A stretch of 64,000 nucleotides of DNA. Origin: Octopus bimaculoides (taxonomy: Eukaryota). A model generated the notes under the pieces. The model did no database searches. It was given only the letters and a program-made list of their open reading frames with translations, and had not been told where the DNA came from. This document shows positions 12,276 through 25,828 of the stretch, piece after piece (the first letter of the stretch is position 1; every line of letters starts with the position of its first letter). Position numbers and translations under genes: made by a program. The stretch covers positions 3,507,176-3,571,175 of the forward strand of contig NC_068990.1 in NCBI RefSeq assembly GCF_001194135.2, given 5' to 3'.

Positions 12276-13499
12276 AAAAATACTTCAGTTTTAGTCGTGG
12301 TCCAACACTTTTAATGGGGAAATTATTGAAAAACAGGCAAATGTAAGTTGTTGGAATTTTTTATCTTCACTATAATCAACGAAATTCAATCATTAATAAA
12401 ATAATTTTAATGTAACCTTATAAATATAACATGCCGTAAATATGTGTACAACAGGCTACAATACCGTCTAACGCAGACAGTGACTGTTTCATGCAGAGGA
12501 CTGCATTATGAATTTATAGTAACGGTAGTGAGTCGAAACACATCACATGCACCGACTTCTACACTAATACTGCTTTTAGATCGATTCAGATTCCGAAAAT
12601 TAAAGTTTTGCAATAGTTTAGTAATAGTTACGAATGTATTACATTTTCATTAAATTTTATTTTTGAGATATAGATTTATTTTTATTTTTAGTATCGAGGT
12701 AGATATTCGAATTCGCAAATCGAAACAAGCGTCACGAAATAGATTTAGAAGGAGAAAATAAATTTAGCCTAGTCTGTCTCATACAACTCGCTTTTTCAAT
12801 TCCCATGGTAGTTTTCTCTGTGCTAACTTTTTATCTTTGTTGTTTTGGTTAGAGATCTTACCGTTGTATATCTCAACTGCCATACCTAATCATGTAACTA
12901 TCAATATATCCATATATCACTCCGTCTGCTCACCTAGGAGAGATTTTTCTATTTGACTATCCCGTGTCAATGTCCTCCCAAGTTACCCAGATATATATTT
13001 TTATCCATGCATCTACTAATATGTGTGTATGTGTGTGTGTGTGTTGAGTCAGTTATTTACTTAAGCGCAGTCACGCTATGGGACTGCCTACATGCTTCAG
13101 TTAACCATATCGATCCATGTACTTCTTTCAATTTCGTGCTGGCGATTTTGTCGAAACACTATCTTTCGTGACGGAAAGAAAACCAATATACTCATCTTTT
13201 GTTTTATAGGCCAGAGTACACGGGAACGTATACTCCGAATACGGTAGAATTGAATACATACATACATACTTACAAACATACATATCGACATGCATATATA
13301 CATACATATATACATCATACACACACACATTTATATATACATAGATATATATGTACGCATATAGAGACAGAGTGATAGATAGATACACACATACATACAT
13401 ACATGCATACATAGACGTGCAGTCTCAAACATACGAGAGTAGATGTCCTCATATACATGTTTAGAAATATATATATGATATGTATGTTTATGGCAATGT

Positions 13500-13549
<50 letters not shown>

Positions 13550-13929
13550 GCACATACATTATATGTCAATGTATGTGTTTATGCATGTATGTATTATGTA
13601 TATATAATGTTTGTATAATATCCGTTCCTGCAAATCGATCAATTTAATAGGTTTATCTTAGTTTATTCTTCCAACGAGAAATGCATCTAGCGTTAGTTCT
13701 GCCTGTTGTCCTATATTCCTTGGTCTCTGCTAGTTATCTTCGTATCTCAATCTATCTATCTATCTATATGTATGCACACCTCGTTCATTCGTTGTCTTTT
13801 TGTGTTTCTACATATATTTTTGATTATGTATCTCCTCATCCATGTATCTATTTATATTACGTCATGTCATTGTTTCAATGAGTAAATATTCTGATACATC
13901 ATCTGTGTATCTAGAAAAAAAAAAGAAGT

Positions 13930-14330
13930 TGGAGCGTAGAAGTTAACTGTTCGATGTTGTCTATGTACATGCATCACCAATGAAGCTTATATAGGAGGAA
14001 GATATCACTGGTGTAGTTAACGACAGCTAAAACATTCAGAAAATGGAAAATATGGTAAAGGTAGTGTTGATGCAGAGAAGAAAAAAAGAAGAAAAAATAA
14101 GAGAAGTTATTGGGGAATTATCACACAGAATATATAGAAAAGTAAATGCTATCAAGGAGAATGCAACAGATGCTTGCAGCAAATTGTAAATTCTCTTTAG
14201 TGAGAAAAAAAAAACAACCACGCAGCAGAATACAAAAAAGCGGCTACCATATATGCGAGAAGTTTCGTAGTCTGAGCATATCGATATCGCCTGTAGAATA
14301 ACAATAAGCTGCGTAAAGTATGATCTGAAA
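13930..14330 (+). mobile_element. Possible highly decayed LINE (RTE-like) endonuclease remnant
   Basis: Fragments VYVHASP and GKYGKG loosely resemble APE motifs; purine-rich, many stops. Confidence 0.25.
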
Positions 14331-14439
14331 TACATATAAATCTAGATCGAACAGTTAATTGGGGGCAATGCAATATATTCAAATGTCAGGAGTAATATTA
14401 CCTCGAACATGTAATAGATTTTATCATTATTATAATCAC

Positions 14440-14499
<60 letters not shown>

Positions 14500-14999
14500 C
14501 ATTATCGGTTCTGGAAGCATGCTCGTCTTGCTCGTAGGTTTAACCTTTAATTTGCGTCTCCAAATGTTGTTAACTGCTTATTTACAAACGCTTGTTAAAA
14601 CGACCACCATTGTATAGGTTTGATTTCCCGGTTTATTTGTTTGTTGATTCACTTTTGGTGACGCAATTTCAAAGAGAGAATTTTCATTTTGTTTAGGAAA
14701 CAATATTTTCCATAAGCAGACATGGCGATGCAAGCCTTGCTAAAAGGCATGGAATAGAAAGTAAGAGGTAGCTTTGACACTTCAGAGTCCTCCGTCTTCT
14801 ACCCTGAAATGAAAGGGGAAGTGAGCTCTTACTAAGTTCAAAGTACACTGGGCAACACTACCTCTGACAACAGTAGCAGCAGCAACCCAAACAGCAACAC
14901 TGCGCGGGAATTTAATTCCAATTATGAAGCTGAATTCCCTGCAAGAAATAAGACAGCACTACTTCATTGTGAGAATTTTTAACTTGTTGAAGACTGTAT

Positions 15000-15350
15000 C
15001 TACACATACGGGAGTAATTTTAACTTTTCTGCATGCATTTGATACGTGACGCCATGTTGAAAATCTGTTCCTGTGTGTATTACAGATCCGGCTGACTTCC
15101 TTTGAACGCGCGCCCCAAACAGTTCGGCAAAGTGCCGAAGAAATTCCGCACACATCTGCATGGATTCGAGTAGCATGCGCCCGTCCTGGCTTGCCGAAGG
15201 ATAAATAATGTATTCATTGCCAGGTAGAGCTTCTGCCTCACAGGCCCATTGAACGACTTTCATTTGACCTGATGCAGGCGTTATACTTTTTGAAGAAGTG
15301 ATGATTGACACTTTACGCTCCGACCAAACCCTCACCGAATTTTTCAAGTA
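15000..15350 (-). mobile_element. L1/Tx1-like LINE ORF2 remnant (EN-RT linker)
   Basis: GNEYII..SQDGRMLLESMQMCAEFLRHFAELFG resembles the L1/Tx1 linker I..L...DG..L.....M...F..HF..LF. Confidence 0.55.
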
Positions 15351-16357
15351 ACTCTTGAAGTAGGTCGTTATAATATTAACAGACGTGCTTCTATTTAGTA
15401 AAAATGTTATTTTATACTTTCGTTATTTATTTAGCTTTGAAATAGCAGAATCTATTATTTATCCAACCATCTAACAGTTCTTTGGTAATTTAGCCACTCT
15501 TTCATATAAGTAGCCACCCTAAATAAAAAACACAAAGCTATTTTATTAGTTTCCTGATATTCTTTAGAAGTTATGCTTCTAAACATGAAATAGATATACT
15601 TTATCAATGTGTTCTACTAGCAGAAAACCTTCACATTCCTATTTTCGTGTTAAATTAAATCTTTTGTATCGAATTTCTGGGTGTCTTTTCTTAAAGTAGC
15701 CAATACTCAAATATTTTCCAATTTATTCTTGTTAATCCAATTTGAAGTTGAAGATATTATGAACTTGAATAACAAGATTATTGATATATATTGACTTTAT
15801 ATGTTGCGTTTATTTAATTTGAACTGTGAATCTAATACTATTAAAATAGTTCGTACTGATATATTTTTTTATCTTGCTCTTCGTCTAATGCATTAGCTCT
15901 TACAATTTAAAGCTATATGTTGATGTTTTAGTAAGTAAATTGATTGGAGAAATAGAACAATATGCTCGATTATTGAGTTGTCTGCCTACTCTTAAAAATG
16001 ATAAAATATTTTTTTCTCCATTATGTCTAACGTGGGCTTTAGGATATCCATTACACTCATAGAAATTGTTTCATTTTTAATTCTATTATATCACCTTCCC
16101 ACCAAACCTCAGTACATCTATTTCCCCATCAACCAGTAACGCTCGTGCAACTATACTAACATACGTCTGTCATGCGCGCACATATAAGTTCTAAAGTCAT
16201 GAATATATATATGTATAAAACACACCAGATAAAAGCACAAATACGTTTACACTCAACTACGAGAATCTACATATTTACGCATACGCACACAAACCCATAA
16301 TAGCATCCCATACACACTTGTGCACGCACGAGTGTACAGCTGGCACTCACACGTATT

Positions 16358-16416
<59 letters not shown>

Positions 16417-16545
16417 CGACGGGCTCCTTTCGGTACCCGACTACCAGATCTACTCAGAACGCTTCCGCTCAAACTGCCACGCAGTTAGACAAGCTGGAAC
16501 CATGTGGTTAGGAAACACACTTCTTACCAGACAGCCACACCTTCG
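16417..16545 (-). mobile_element. SINE family B, 5' half (internally shortened) running into (TA)n(TG)n
   Basis: Minus: GGTGTGGCTGTCTGGTAAGAAG..AACCACATGGTTCC..CTGCGTGGCA..GATCTGGTAG..CGAAAGGAGCCCGTCGTATATAT. Confidence 0.8.
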
Positions 16546-16974
16546 TCTATATATATATANNNNNNNNNNNNNNNNNNNNNNNNNNNNNNNNNNNNNNNNN
16601 NNNNNNNNNNNNNNNNNNNNNNNNNNNNNNNNNNNNNNNNNNNNNNNNNNNNNNNNNNNNNNNNNNNNNNNNNNNNNNNNNNNNNNNNNNNNNNNNNNNN
16701 NNNNNNNNNNNNNNNNNNNNNNNNNNNNNNNNNNNNNNNNNNNNNNNNNNNNNNNNNNNNNNNNNNNNNNNNNNNNNNNNNNNNNNNNNNNNNNNNNNNN
16801 NNNNNNNNNNNNNNNNNNNNNNNNNNNNNNNNNNNNNNNNNNNNNNNNNNNNNNNNNNNNNNNNNNNNNNNNNNNNNNNNNNNNNNNNNNNNNNNNNNNN
16901 NNNNNNNNNNNNNNNNNNNNNNNNNNNNNNNNNNNNNNNNNNNNNNNNNNNNNNNNNNNNNNNNNNNNNNNNNN

Positions 16975-17047
<73 letters not shown>

Positions 17048-17499
17048 TATACGCATACATATATGCAACCATACATACATATATATTTTAAATACGGTGC
17101 TTCTTCTATTCTCCCACATTCAGAGTGACGCAGTAATAAATATTAAAAAGAATTGGAACAACACGAATTATTAGAAATTCACTTTTGTTCAATAATAGCG
17201 ACATTATATTCGAAAAAAAAAAGGCGATAGATTTCAAAACATGATTTTACTAATGAAATTAGCGTTTGTTTACGGTGACAATATGGAAAATATTTCCAAA
17301 TGACTTGTTGCAGAAAATGCTTCAATACAATAACATGTCTGCCTTCTGCAATTTAAAATAACCTATCGCTTTAGACACAAATTTGGTACATGGAATAAAA
17401 AATAACATATCGATTTTTGTCTCGCTTTTGTCCTCAATACATATACACATATATGCATACATACGTATCACACACACACACACACACACATATTTGTTA

Positions 17500-17780
17500 C
17501 ACCAGTAACTGAGAAGCCACTGTTCTTCTATGCTGGAATACGGGGCTGGACTCCTGCCACTGAAGAAGCTCTCTTCATTGAAATCACCTGATGACACAGT
17601 TTCAGCGTCCTGCCACTCGATTATAGTCTGCTACGTTATATTTGCGAGCATGCTATACACTTGTGGGCGCTCTAATAATACATCCACTTGCTTCTTGGTA
17701 TTTATACTGCTTCCGTCTCTAGGACTCAGTCCAAAAGTGTCCCCACCTTCCAAGAAAAAAACATTCAAATATTTCCCTAG
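17500..17780 (-). pseudogene. Decayed coding-like fragment, possibly transposon-derived
   Basis: Near-open frame GGDTFG..VLLERPQVYSML..*..SFFSGRSPAPYSSIEEQWLLSYWC; one stop; no clear splice sites; family not established. Confidence 0.25.
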
Positions 17781-18599
17781 AAAAGGATTTTATTTAGTAG
17801 ATCGGAAATTGGAGATCGGAGGTGCTAGAAATTATATGGTAAATATTAGTGCAGTATCTTGTTTGCCTATATTCCAGTAATAATTCTTCACTAAATAATT
17901 AGTATTCTTTGTATGTAAAACTTTACATATTCAATAATGCATTCTATATCTAGGAGAATATTATCTACATGTAAATTTTAGGTTGACATGTATAGCTAAA
18001 GATTTGGATTTCACATGAGGTGGAAGTATTCTAAGATATTTCGTACAATACCTTGAACTTACACATCTATAAAACATATCTATAAAATATAAGCTATAAC
18101 AAACGAATCCCTATCTGTTTCCTGTGTGCGTGCATGCGTGCGTGTGTGCGTGCATGCGTGCGTGTGTGCGTGAGTATGTGTTTGTGTATGTATGAATGTG
18201 TGTATGTATGTATGTTTGTATGTATGTCTGCATGTATGTAAGATCGTTCACAAAGTTTGTTTCGACCTCAAGTCATTATCAAGTGCTATATTTTAAAGCT
18301 TAATGCGAATTTTAAAAAATTTCGACATGCAACATATATATAGTAAGTACTAAGTAATACTTATGATACTCGTCAGTAAATAAAAAAAAAGTATAAGTAA
18401 AGAAAATATTTACGTCTAGCAGGTTTCCAGTAAGAATTACTTTGGAAATAGGCAATTTCTTTCTCTTTTATTCCTTTCTATTTTATGTATTTTAATGGTG
18501 GCATTTATCAAAACATGTTCGTCTTATGCATTGGCAGGTTGATGGTGGTTGTAGAAAACTGCTGGCAGTGTAGCTAGTATAAGTAAAGCTCTTTCCCGG

Positions 18600-18830
18600 G
18601 TCATATAGACACATAAGGCCGGTTTCCCAGTTTCAATGGCGTATATATTCTCCACTTGGACTGGACGCCGGCCCGTCGCAGGATTACTCATTTTTGCCAG
18701 TTCAGTGGACTGGAGCAACGTGAAATGAAGTGTTTGGTCAAGAACATAACGCACCCCTGGTCCAGGAATCGAAACAACAATCTTACGATCATGTGTGCAA
18801 ACACCCTAACCACTAAGTCACGTACCTCCA
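18600..18830 (-). mobile_element. tRNA-derived SINE family C (V-domain-like), variant middle module
   Basis: Head TGGAGGTACGTGACTTAGTGGTTAGGGTG..GTTTCGATTCC; CCTGCGACGGGCCGGCGTCCAGTCCA; tail GAAACTGGGAAACCGGCC shared with 53045-53373. Confidence 0.8.
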
Positions 18831-18984
18831 GTGTAGGTAATGCTAGTCTCAGTCAGTTAAGGATAATATTATCATAAATGTTGAAATGATTAGAAATCCA
18901 CTGAAAACAATGCTCTTACCGGTATTCATGAATTTAATTGCGTTTGTGTTAGCGATGATAATGATGCCTTCCATATGATATATA

Positions 18985-19200
18985 CTAATAAAGGCTGTGA
19001 GCAGAGGGAATAGTTATCTCACCCGACAAATTGCTTAGCAGTTCCGGCTCTTTACTATTTCTAAGTCCATATTCCGCAGAGATTGACTTTGCCTTTCGTA
19101 TTTTTAGGGTCATTAAATTAAATATCAGTCGAACACTGGGGTTCATACAATCGAGTGGATCCTCTGCTAACGATCAGATTGTTCCTATAGTACAAAGAAT
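18985..19200 (+). mobile_element. SINE family A copy
   Basis: AAATTGCTTAGC..TTCCGCAGAGATTGACTTTGCCTTTC..GGGTC..AAATTAAATATCAGT..ACTGGGGT..AATCGA. Confidence 0.75.
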
Positions 19201-19528
19201 TAATAATAATAAATATTAATAATTTATCGATAACGAGATAAGCATAAGCAAAAGAATCTTTACCAATATTAGCATTAGTACTAGTAATACCAGTGGTAAT
19301 GAGAATGGAATTAGAATTAAATATATTTGTAAATAACAGATATAAATAACTATTAATACGGGTGGAACGATCTTTCTTGTAAATTTTAAATAAAAGCATA
19401 TAGAATATTACACTCGCCCCATGTATTGAGTACTCTATTTGAACCAATTTCAACTCAGGTAATATCAAGTGCGTGTGTGTTTGTATGCGTTTCTGTTTGA
19501 TTCTGTTTGTGTGTGACCCTGTGCTTAC

Positions 19529-19634
19529 GTCTGCATATGAAAGTCGCCTGCGCAAATTCAGTTCCTCTAAGCGATGAACTTCGTGACAGGCATTGCACAA
19601 AACTCATTAAATTATCGGAGCAAGCAATTAGTGT
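19529..19634 (-). other. Candidate internal coding exon, 106 nt (TLIACSDNLMSFVQCLSRSSSLRGTEFAQATFICR)
   Basis: aaattacatag acceptor and gtaagc donor; one open frame (phase 0 in, phase 1 out); peptide not recognised. Confidence 0.3.
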
Positions 19635-19954
19635 CTATGTAATTTAAACAACTGTGAAGTAGCGATATCAAACGCACCACAAAATAATAATATTTGGTAG
19701 AAATCATTTTCAGGGGCGTCTAAAAACACCAGTGACATGTCATCGTGTGAGTGGCAGTTGGAATATAGACAGTTAATTGTTTAGCCACGCTATATAGAGA
19801 TATTATTGATATCACGAGCGCGAGCGATTGGTATAGCAATCATCTCGGAATGGACGTAGTAGAAAAGATATAACTTTATAGATCAACTTGAAACAGTTAG
19901 TCTTAGAAAGGTAAAGAGAAAATATGAGAAAAAGAACACATATATGTATGCATG

Positions 19955-19988
<34 letters not shown>

Positions 19989-20121
19989 TGCATATATGTA
20001 TGTATGTTTGCATGTATGTATGCATGTATGTATTATGTATTTATCAATGTATACTTATACATATATGTATATATATATATGTGTATATATAATTTATATA
20101 CATATAGATATGTATATGTAA

Positions 20122-20172
<51 letters not shown>

Positions 20173-20195
20173 TATATATATTGCATATATATATA

Positions 20196-20245
<50 letters not shown>

Positions 20246-20944
20246 CGCGCGTATATGCAATATACGCGCCCATAGACAAATAGATATGTAGGTACATACA
20301 AATATACATATATACTCATACATATAATTTTTCTCTTAGTATGGAATACAATTGATATGATAGATATAGAGCCATTAAGTAAACATAACTCGTATATGAA
20401 TACAACATAACACAACTTCATAAATAAGGATAACCACATTATAGTTAATAATGAAATTATATACTTAGCTGTATAAAATATATTCTAAATTGTTCCGCCA
20501 TTTAGATAGAATATATTCATTTTGTTTGTTTCATTCTTTCTTCTTTTTTTCATTCAAAACAAGTAGCGTTTAGAAAAGAAATTCAAATGGTTTAATATGG
20601 CTGGAAACCTAGACGTAAACATCACGAATGTAACATTAAGTCATATTTTCCTTCGATGTTTCCAATAGTTTGAACAAAAACTGCCTGAAAAGTCATTCAA
20701 TAACCCTTTCTTTACAAAGCAGTCGGCAGTGTTAAATATTCTGTACCAGGAGAAACATAACGAATATCCGCATCGATAGCCATTATGTGTGATCTTTACT
20801 TCATTTAAATATTTGACTTTTTCTATTGTACGAGCAATAAATACGAAAACCGAAAACTTTATATTCATATATCATCTGTATATATAGTTGTGTAAATACT
20901 ATGACTAAAGTGTATTTCGTACACACGCACGCACACGCACACAC

Positions 20945-21038
<94 letters not shown>

Positions 21039-21890
21039 TAAAGTTCTCCTTCTTTGTCATATGCCTGGAGTATTAGCGTATTGATACTCGCGTTTCATTT
21101 GTAGTAATATATTCATTCGGAGATCTTTGCTATTAGTTTTTAAGTTAGCGAGAAACCTAGTGATAAATGCGATAAAAAAAGAAGAGGGAAAATGAAACAG
21201 ACAGACAGAAGAACTCATGTTGCTCGGGAACAGCCATCAGACGCATCGAAGAAAATATGTTGCAATAAGAATTAACTATTACAGAGACTTTTTCATCTCC
21301 AGCCAACTATTCATTGTCATTCCTTATCTTACTGTTTCTTCCTCTATCTCTTTGATTATTTCACTCTCAGGTTATATGTAGAATTCCTTTACTCACTGGC
21401 TGCCTACAAACCTAGTATGTCTGCTCATCTTGCACCTATTGTATTAACACTTTACCTGTCTCTATTGTACATTCCACCAAACTTACTCTGTTTTTTTCCC
21501 GCTGGAGAAAGAAACCAACCAACCAGCCAGCTAAAATTTATATCGGCTATTATCAAATATATATATATAAGCATGTTGTGTGGTTGGGGAGGACGGGCGT
21601 GCACCTGCATGTGGATAACATATCTTCGTTTATGACTGAAAAATTACGAAAAGTTCCGAAAACCAAAATATAAGATACCATCCCAAAAATTAATACTACA
21701 CAAGCATTAAAATGTATATTATACTCAGATAAAGAAGCACTTGCATCCGTACAGACACACGCACAATATACACACCCATATTATGATATTATTATACCCT
21801 TATCATTAAACGTTTGAGGCGTATTTTCCAGTATGTGTCCTGCGTTTGTGACAAAGAAAGTCATAAGAAATAGATGAAGCTTTATATTTT

Positions 21891-22210
<320 letters not shown>

Positions 22211-23049
22211 TAAATGGAAATATACAGACAGAAGAAAGGAACGGACACTAAAGTAAGCTTTCTCCTCTTGTATAAAGTTCTGTTACTGAAGAGAGAGGCT
22301 GAAAACTCAACTGAGCTAAAGTTTGTCAAATAAGAATACTTATCTTAAACTCTGTCTTTCTCCCTCTCTCAATTCTTTTTTCTTTATGTATATTTCTTCC
22401 TCTGTCTCTCACTTTGTTTCTCCTACTTCACTCTTAATATTTTACTCTGTCTTTCTTTCGTCCCTCTCACACTACCTCTGTTCTTTTTTTATTCTATCTC
22501 TGTCTATTTACTATTCTATGGTTGACAAATTATTGATTATTTGTTCCACACAATTCATTGCATCCTGTCAATGTAGTATGACATAATTACTTCGGTTTAA
22601 ATAGAGGACAGATTAAATATTTCTTCAATTACAACTTTGTAATAAAATTTACTAGTAAAATTACGTAAATTTAACAGACATTAATTTTTCGAAGTAGCAG
22701 AGGGTAAAATTCCAATAAAAATGATAAAAGCATGGAGTGAAACTGCTCCGTTGGCCCGACAATAACTCTATAAACGAACCAATTTATAGGTAATTTAAAA
22801 CTACTATTGATTTGCTAGTACGGGCAGTTTTAATTACCTCTTCTTCAGTTTTAAACAATTAAGATGTACCGCATTGACTAACCTTTAAATGGTAGAATTT
22901 CTACAAGCACACACCGAACAAATATATTTAGTTGATGATAAATACCCCATTGTTAACTAAATCTAATTTCCTGTTGTAATTGAAGTTAACAGAAAATAGA
23001 AAGAGATATAATGAAGTAGCACACTGAATTCATGAACTTAGTGTTGCTG

Positions 23050-23270
23050 ACGTTGTTGTGTAGTCCCAGAACAGATCCGGTTCAGCAAACCTATAGTAAA
23101 AAGCGTTCCAGACTTAACAATATTCTCTTTATCCACACATCGTGCATCGGTAGACATATTAACTAATTCATCATCGACCTTTTACAACGTTAGAGTGCGT
23201 TCTGGGAGAGATATGGCTGCTATATCTAACAGAACAAGTAACTGTGCAGAGACTGCCTCCTTGGCTTGAA
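23050..23270 (+). repeat. Interspersed repeat; diverged second copy at 42280-42440
   Basis: Shared blocks CAAA(C/T)CTAT..AAAG and GAGA(T/C)ATG..TGCTATATCTAACAG. Confidence 0.55.
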
Positions 23271-23479
23271 TATCGACCTGTTTTGTAAAGTGATTCAACA
23301 TCAATTTATTTCGCTATCTGTATTTGATGGCTGGAGACAATTGCTTCGTATCCTAGCTAATAAGCACATAAAATCTGTGTAGTACTGTAATCATCCTCAA
23401 CAGTATCAGCATTGTTATCATTCAACTTCAGTTGCTTGTTCTGTTTATTATAATTGGGGAGGGTACGGACCATGATGGG

Positions 23480-23675
23480 TGACTGGTGAGAATCGACTTC
23501 AAATCAGTGGCATTAAACGTTTCGAGCTCAAATCCCACCGATGTCAAATTTGCCTTTCATCGCGTCAGGGTCAATTAAATAATGCACAAGTCAAGTACTG
23601 CAGTCGGCAGCATCGACTTACACTCTGTCACTTCAATATTACTGGTCTTGAGACCAAATTAGAAAGCATTATTAA
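23480..23675 (+). mobile_element. SINE family A copy
   Basis: GAGCTCAAATCCCACCGATGTCAAATTTGCCTTTCATC..GGGTCAATTAAATAA..AGTCAAGTACTG..ATCGACTTA. Confidence 0.75.
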
Positions 23676-24449
23676 AGGGGGTGCTGGACTAGCAGAGCAT
23701 TTAGACTTTTCGAAAATTCCTTGCAGTATTTCTTCCGGATCGTTACCATCTGAAATGAAATCCCGTCAATGCTTTTCTTCCTTTCAGTTGTCGATAAAAC
23801 AAAGTATCAGTAGAATTTTTGGATCATGTTAACACTAGCCCTTTTCAGGCAAAAGAATCGTCGTGTTAACAATAGCGTTCTTCAGGCAAAATAATCTCTG
23901 ATTTTAGCCTAAATCAGAGATTATTTTTACGATTGTCTAGGCGCGGATTTGAATGGTGAGGTGGCAGCATCGGAAAACAATAGCTGTAGTATTTCTTCTG
24001 CCTATTTATATTTTTAGTTCAAATCCTGCCTTAGTCAAATTTAATTTTCATTCTTTTGGGGTCAATAACATAGTGTACAAATCAAGGACTGGCTTAATTG
24101 GTATCAACTTATCCCCTCCTGCAAAATTCAGCCCTTGTTTCTACACTAGAAGCAGTTATTATTTCAGAGGCTTAGGGGATGTTTTGTGTGGTAATAAATC
24201 ATACTTTCGAACATTAGTAAACCACAGTGTGCTTACAAAGATATATGCGATAGCAATTCTTCAAGCACAAGAGATGTTAAAGGCATTGTATAATATATAA
24301 GTTACACGAATTAAAATAAATTAAACACAAGCCACACGGGAATAAATAACAATGACATAAAACAGAACAGACAAACGCCTGCGTTGTTCAGGATACTCCA
24401 CATTCCTAACTACACTTGCACAATGTTTATTCACCGTGTATTGTTCAGC

Positions 24450-25400
24450 AGAAGATTCTGGAGTCTACTGTGAGAAGTTCTTTTGTTCCACTAGACAATT
24501 CAGGAGACACGTTGTCGCCAACTATGATATTATGCGTCTTACGAAATTTGAAATATTCTGTTCTTGTGATGCTGTTGAAAATGTGATCCCTCTTCCTTCA
24601 GGGTTCATAATTTGTTTGGACATTCTTTGCTTCCCTGTATTAGAGTTTAATGAACGCTTTGTTATTCTTACGAATTGCTACTAATCTAAAGACGCTGAGG
24701 TTCAGATTTCGTTCCACTCTACAGGAGATCTGTTTACCATGACATGGAATGGGCACTTGGTCAGCAGAGAAAGTGTACCGCACTTCGCGTTTTTTTTTAT
24801 AGCACTTGTTTCATTGGCCTGTGTGTCTGTAGAGTGTTAGTAGATAACATGAGCAGCAATGGCCTGGATTTGGCTCTGAGCATCGGCGAGAACAATCTTT
24901 GTATGGTTGTACAAACTGAGTGGAATTACCTGTTTGAGACACATTCTACAGGCGTACAAGCGCAACGGCAAAACCATTCTGAGATGCGTTATGGGAGGGA
25001 CGAAAATTCTCTGCACGCCCTGGATCAATATCTGTGCGTTAAAAAAGTATACTTTTGTGTCAACTAGATGCTGTCGCATGTAGAACAAATCCAGATGTCT
25101 CCCGAGTTTATACTGAAATTGTGACGATCGACGCACGACCTTCCTTTTGCAAGTAAGATGGGAAAATGTTTCTTTGCTTTGTGGCTGTAGTGAGAAATGT
25201 AGCTTTGTGGATTCATTTGAAAGCGTTGCAGACAGGAATTTTCCTATCCAGCCAAGCTCTCATTATCTTCAAGTACAACTTGAGGAGAAAAGTGAAAGTG
25301 GAGAGGGAGACGTTGCCTTTTAGTGTGTTAATCGAATGATGGATAATAGTGGTATGACTGTTGAGCCTAAATGGGCCTACTCCGAGTGCTTTTCTGAGTA
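24450..25400 (-). mobile_element. Possible decayed LINE ORF1 (gag-like, I/Jockey-group)
   Basis: Frameshifted pieces NSGDIWI, PSHNASQNG and RYTFSADQVP occur in the order of ORF1 motifs LRSGDLL, PH.SLN.S.G and LTF...LP; many stops. Confidence 0.35.
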
Positions 25401-25730
25401 GGAGGAAATGAGGTAGAAGCAGGTAGTACGATGCCATCAAAATGGCAGAATAATTCAAGTCATTTGTGTTGGGTTCCCATCGAATTACCCAAGGTGGACT
25501 CCCTTGTTGCTGGAGATTTTATACCTACTGAAATCTATTAATATTTTGGGATGTTATGTATAAATTTTTATATCTATATATTTATATAGATATACCTTTA
25601 GTAATGTTAATTTGTTGTTTGATCGAGGTAATCACCAGATTTTGTTTTGTGCGCAGTGTTGCATCCTGTTATATTGCCCACAATGTCTCGTACCCTCGGG
25701 CAAAATAAAGAAATCTCCATCATCAACACC

Positions 25731-25764
<34 letters not shown>

Positions 25765-25794
25765 TCATCGTCACCATATTCAACCTCATCGTTG

Positions 25795-25828
<34 letters not shown>

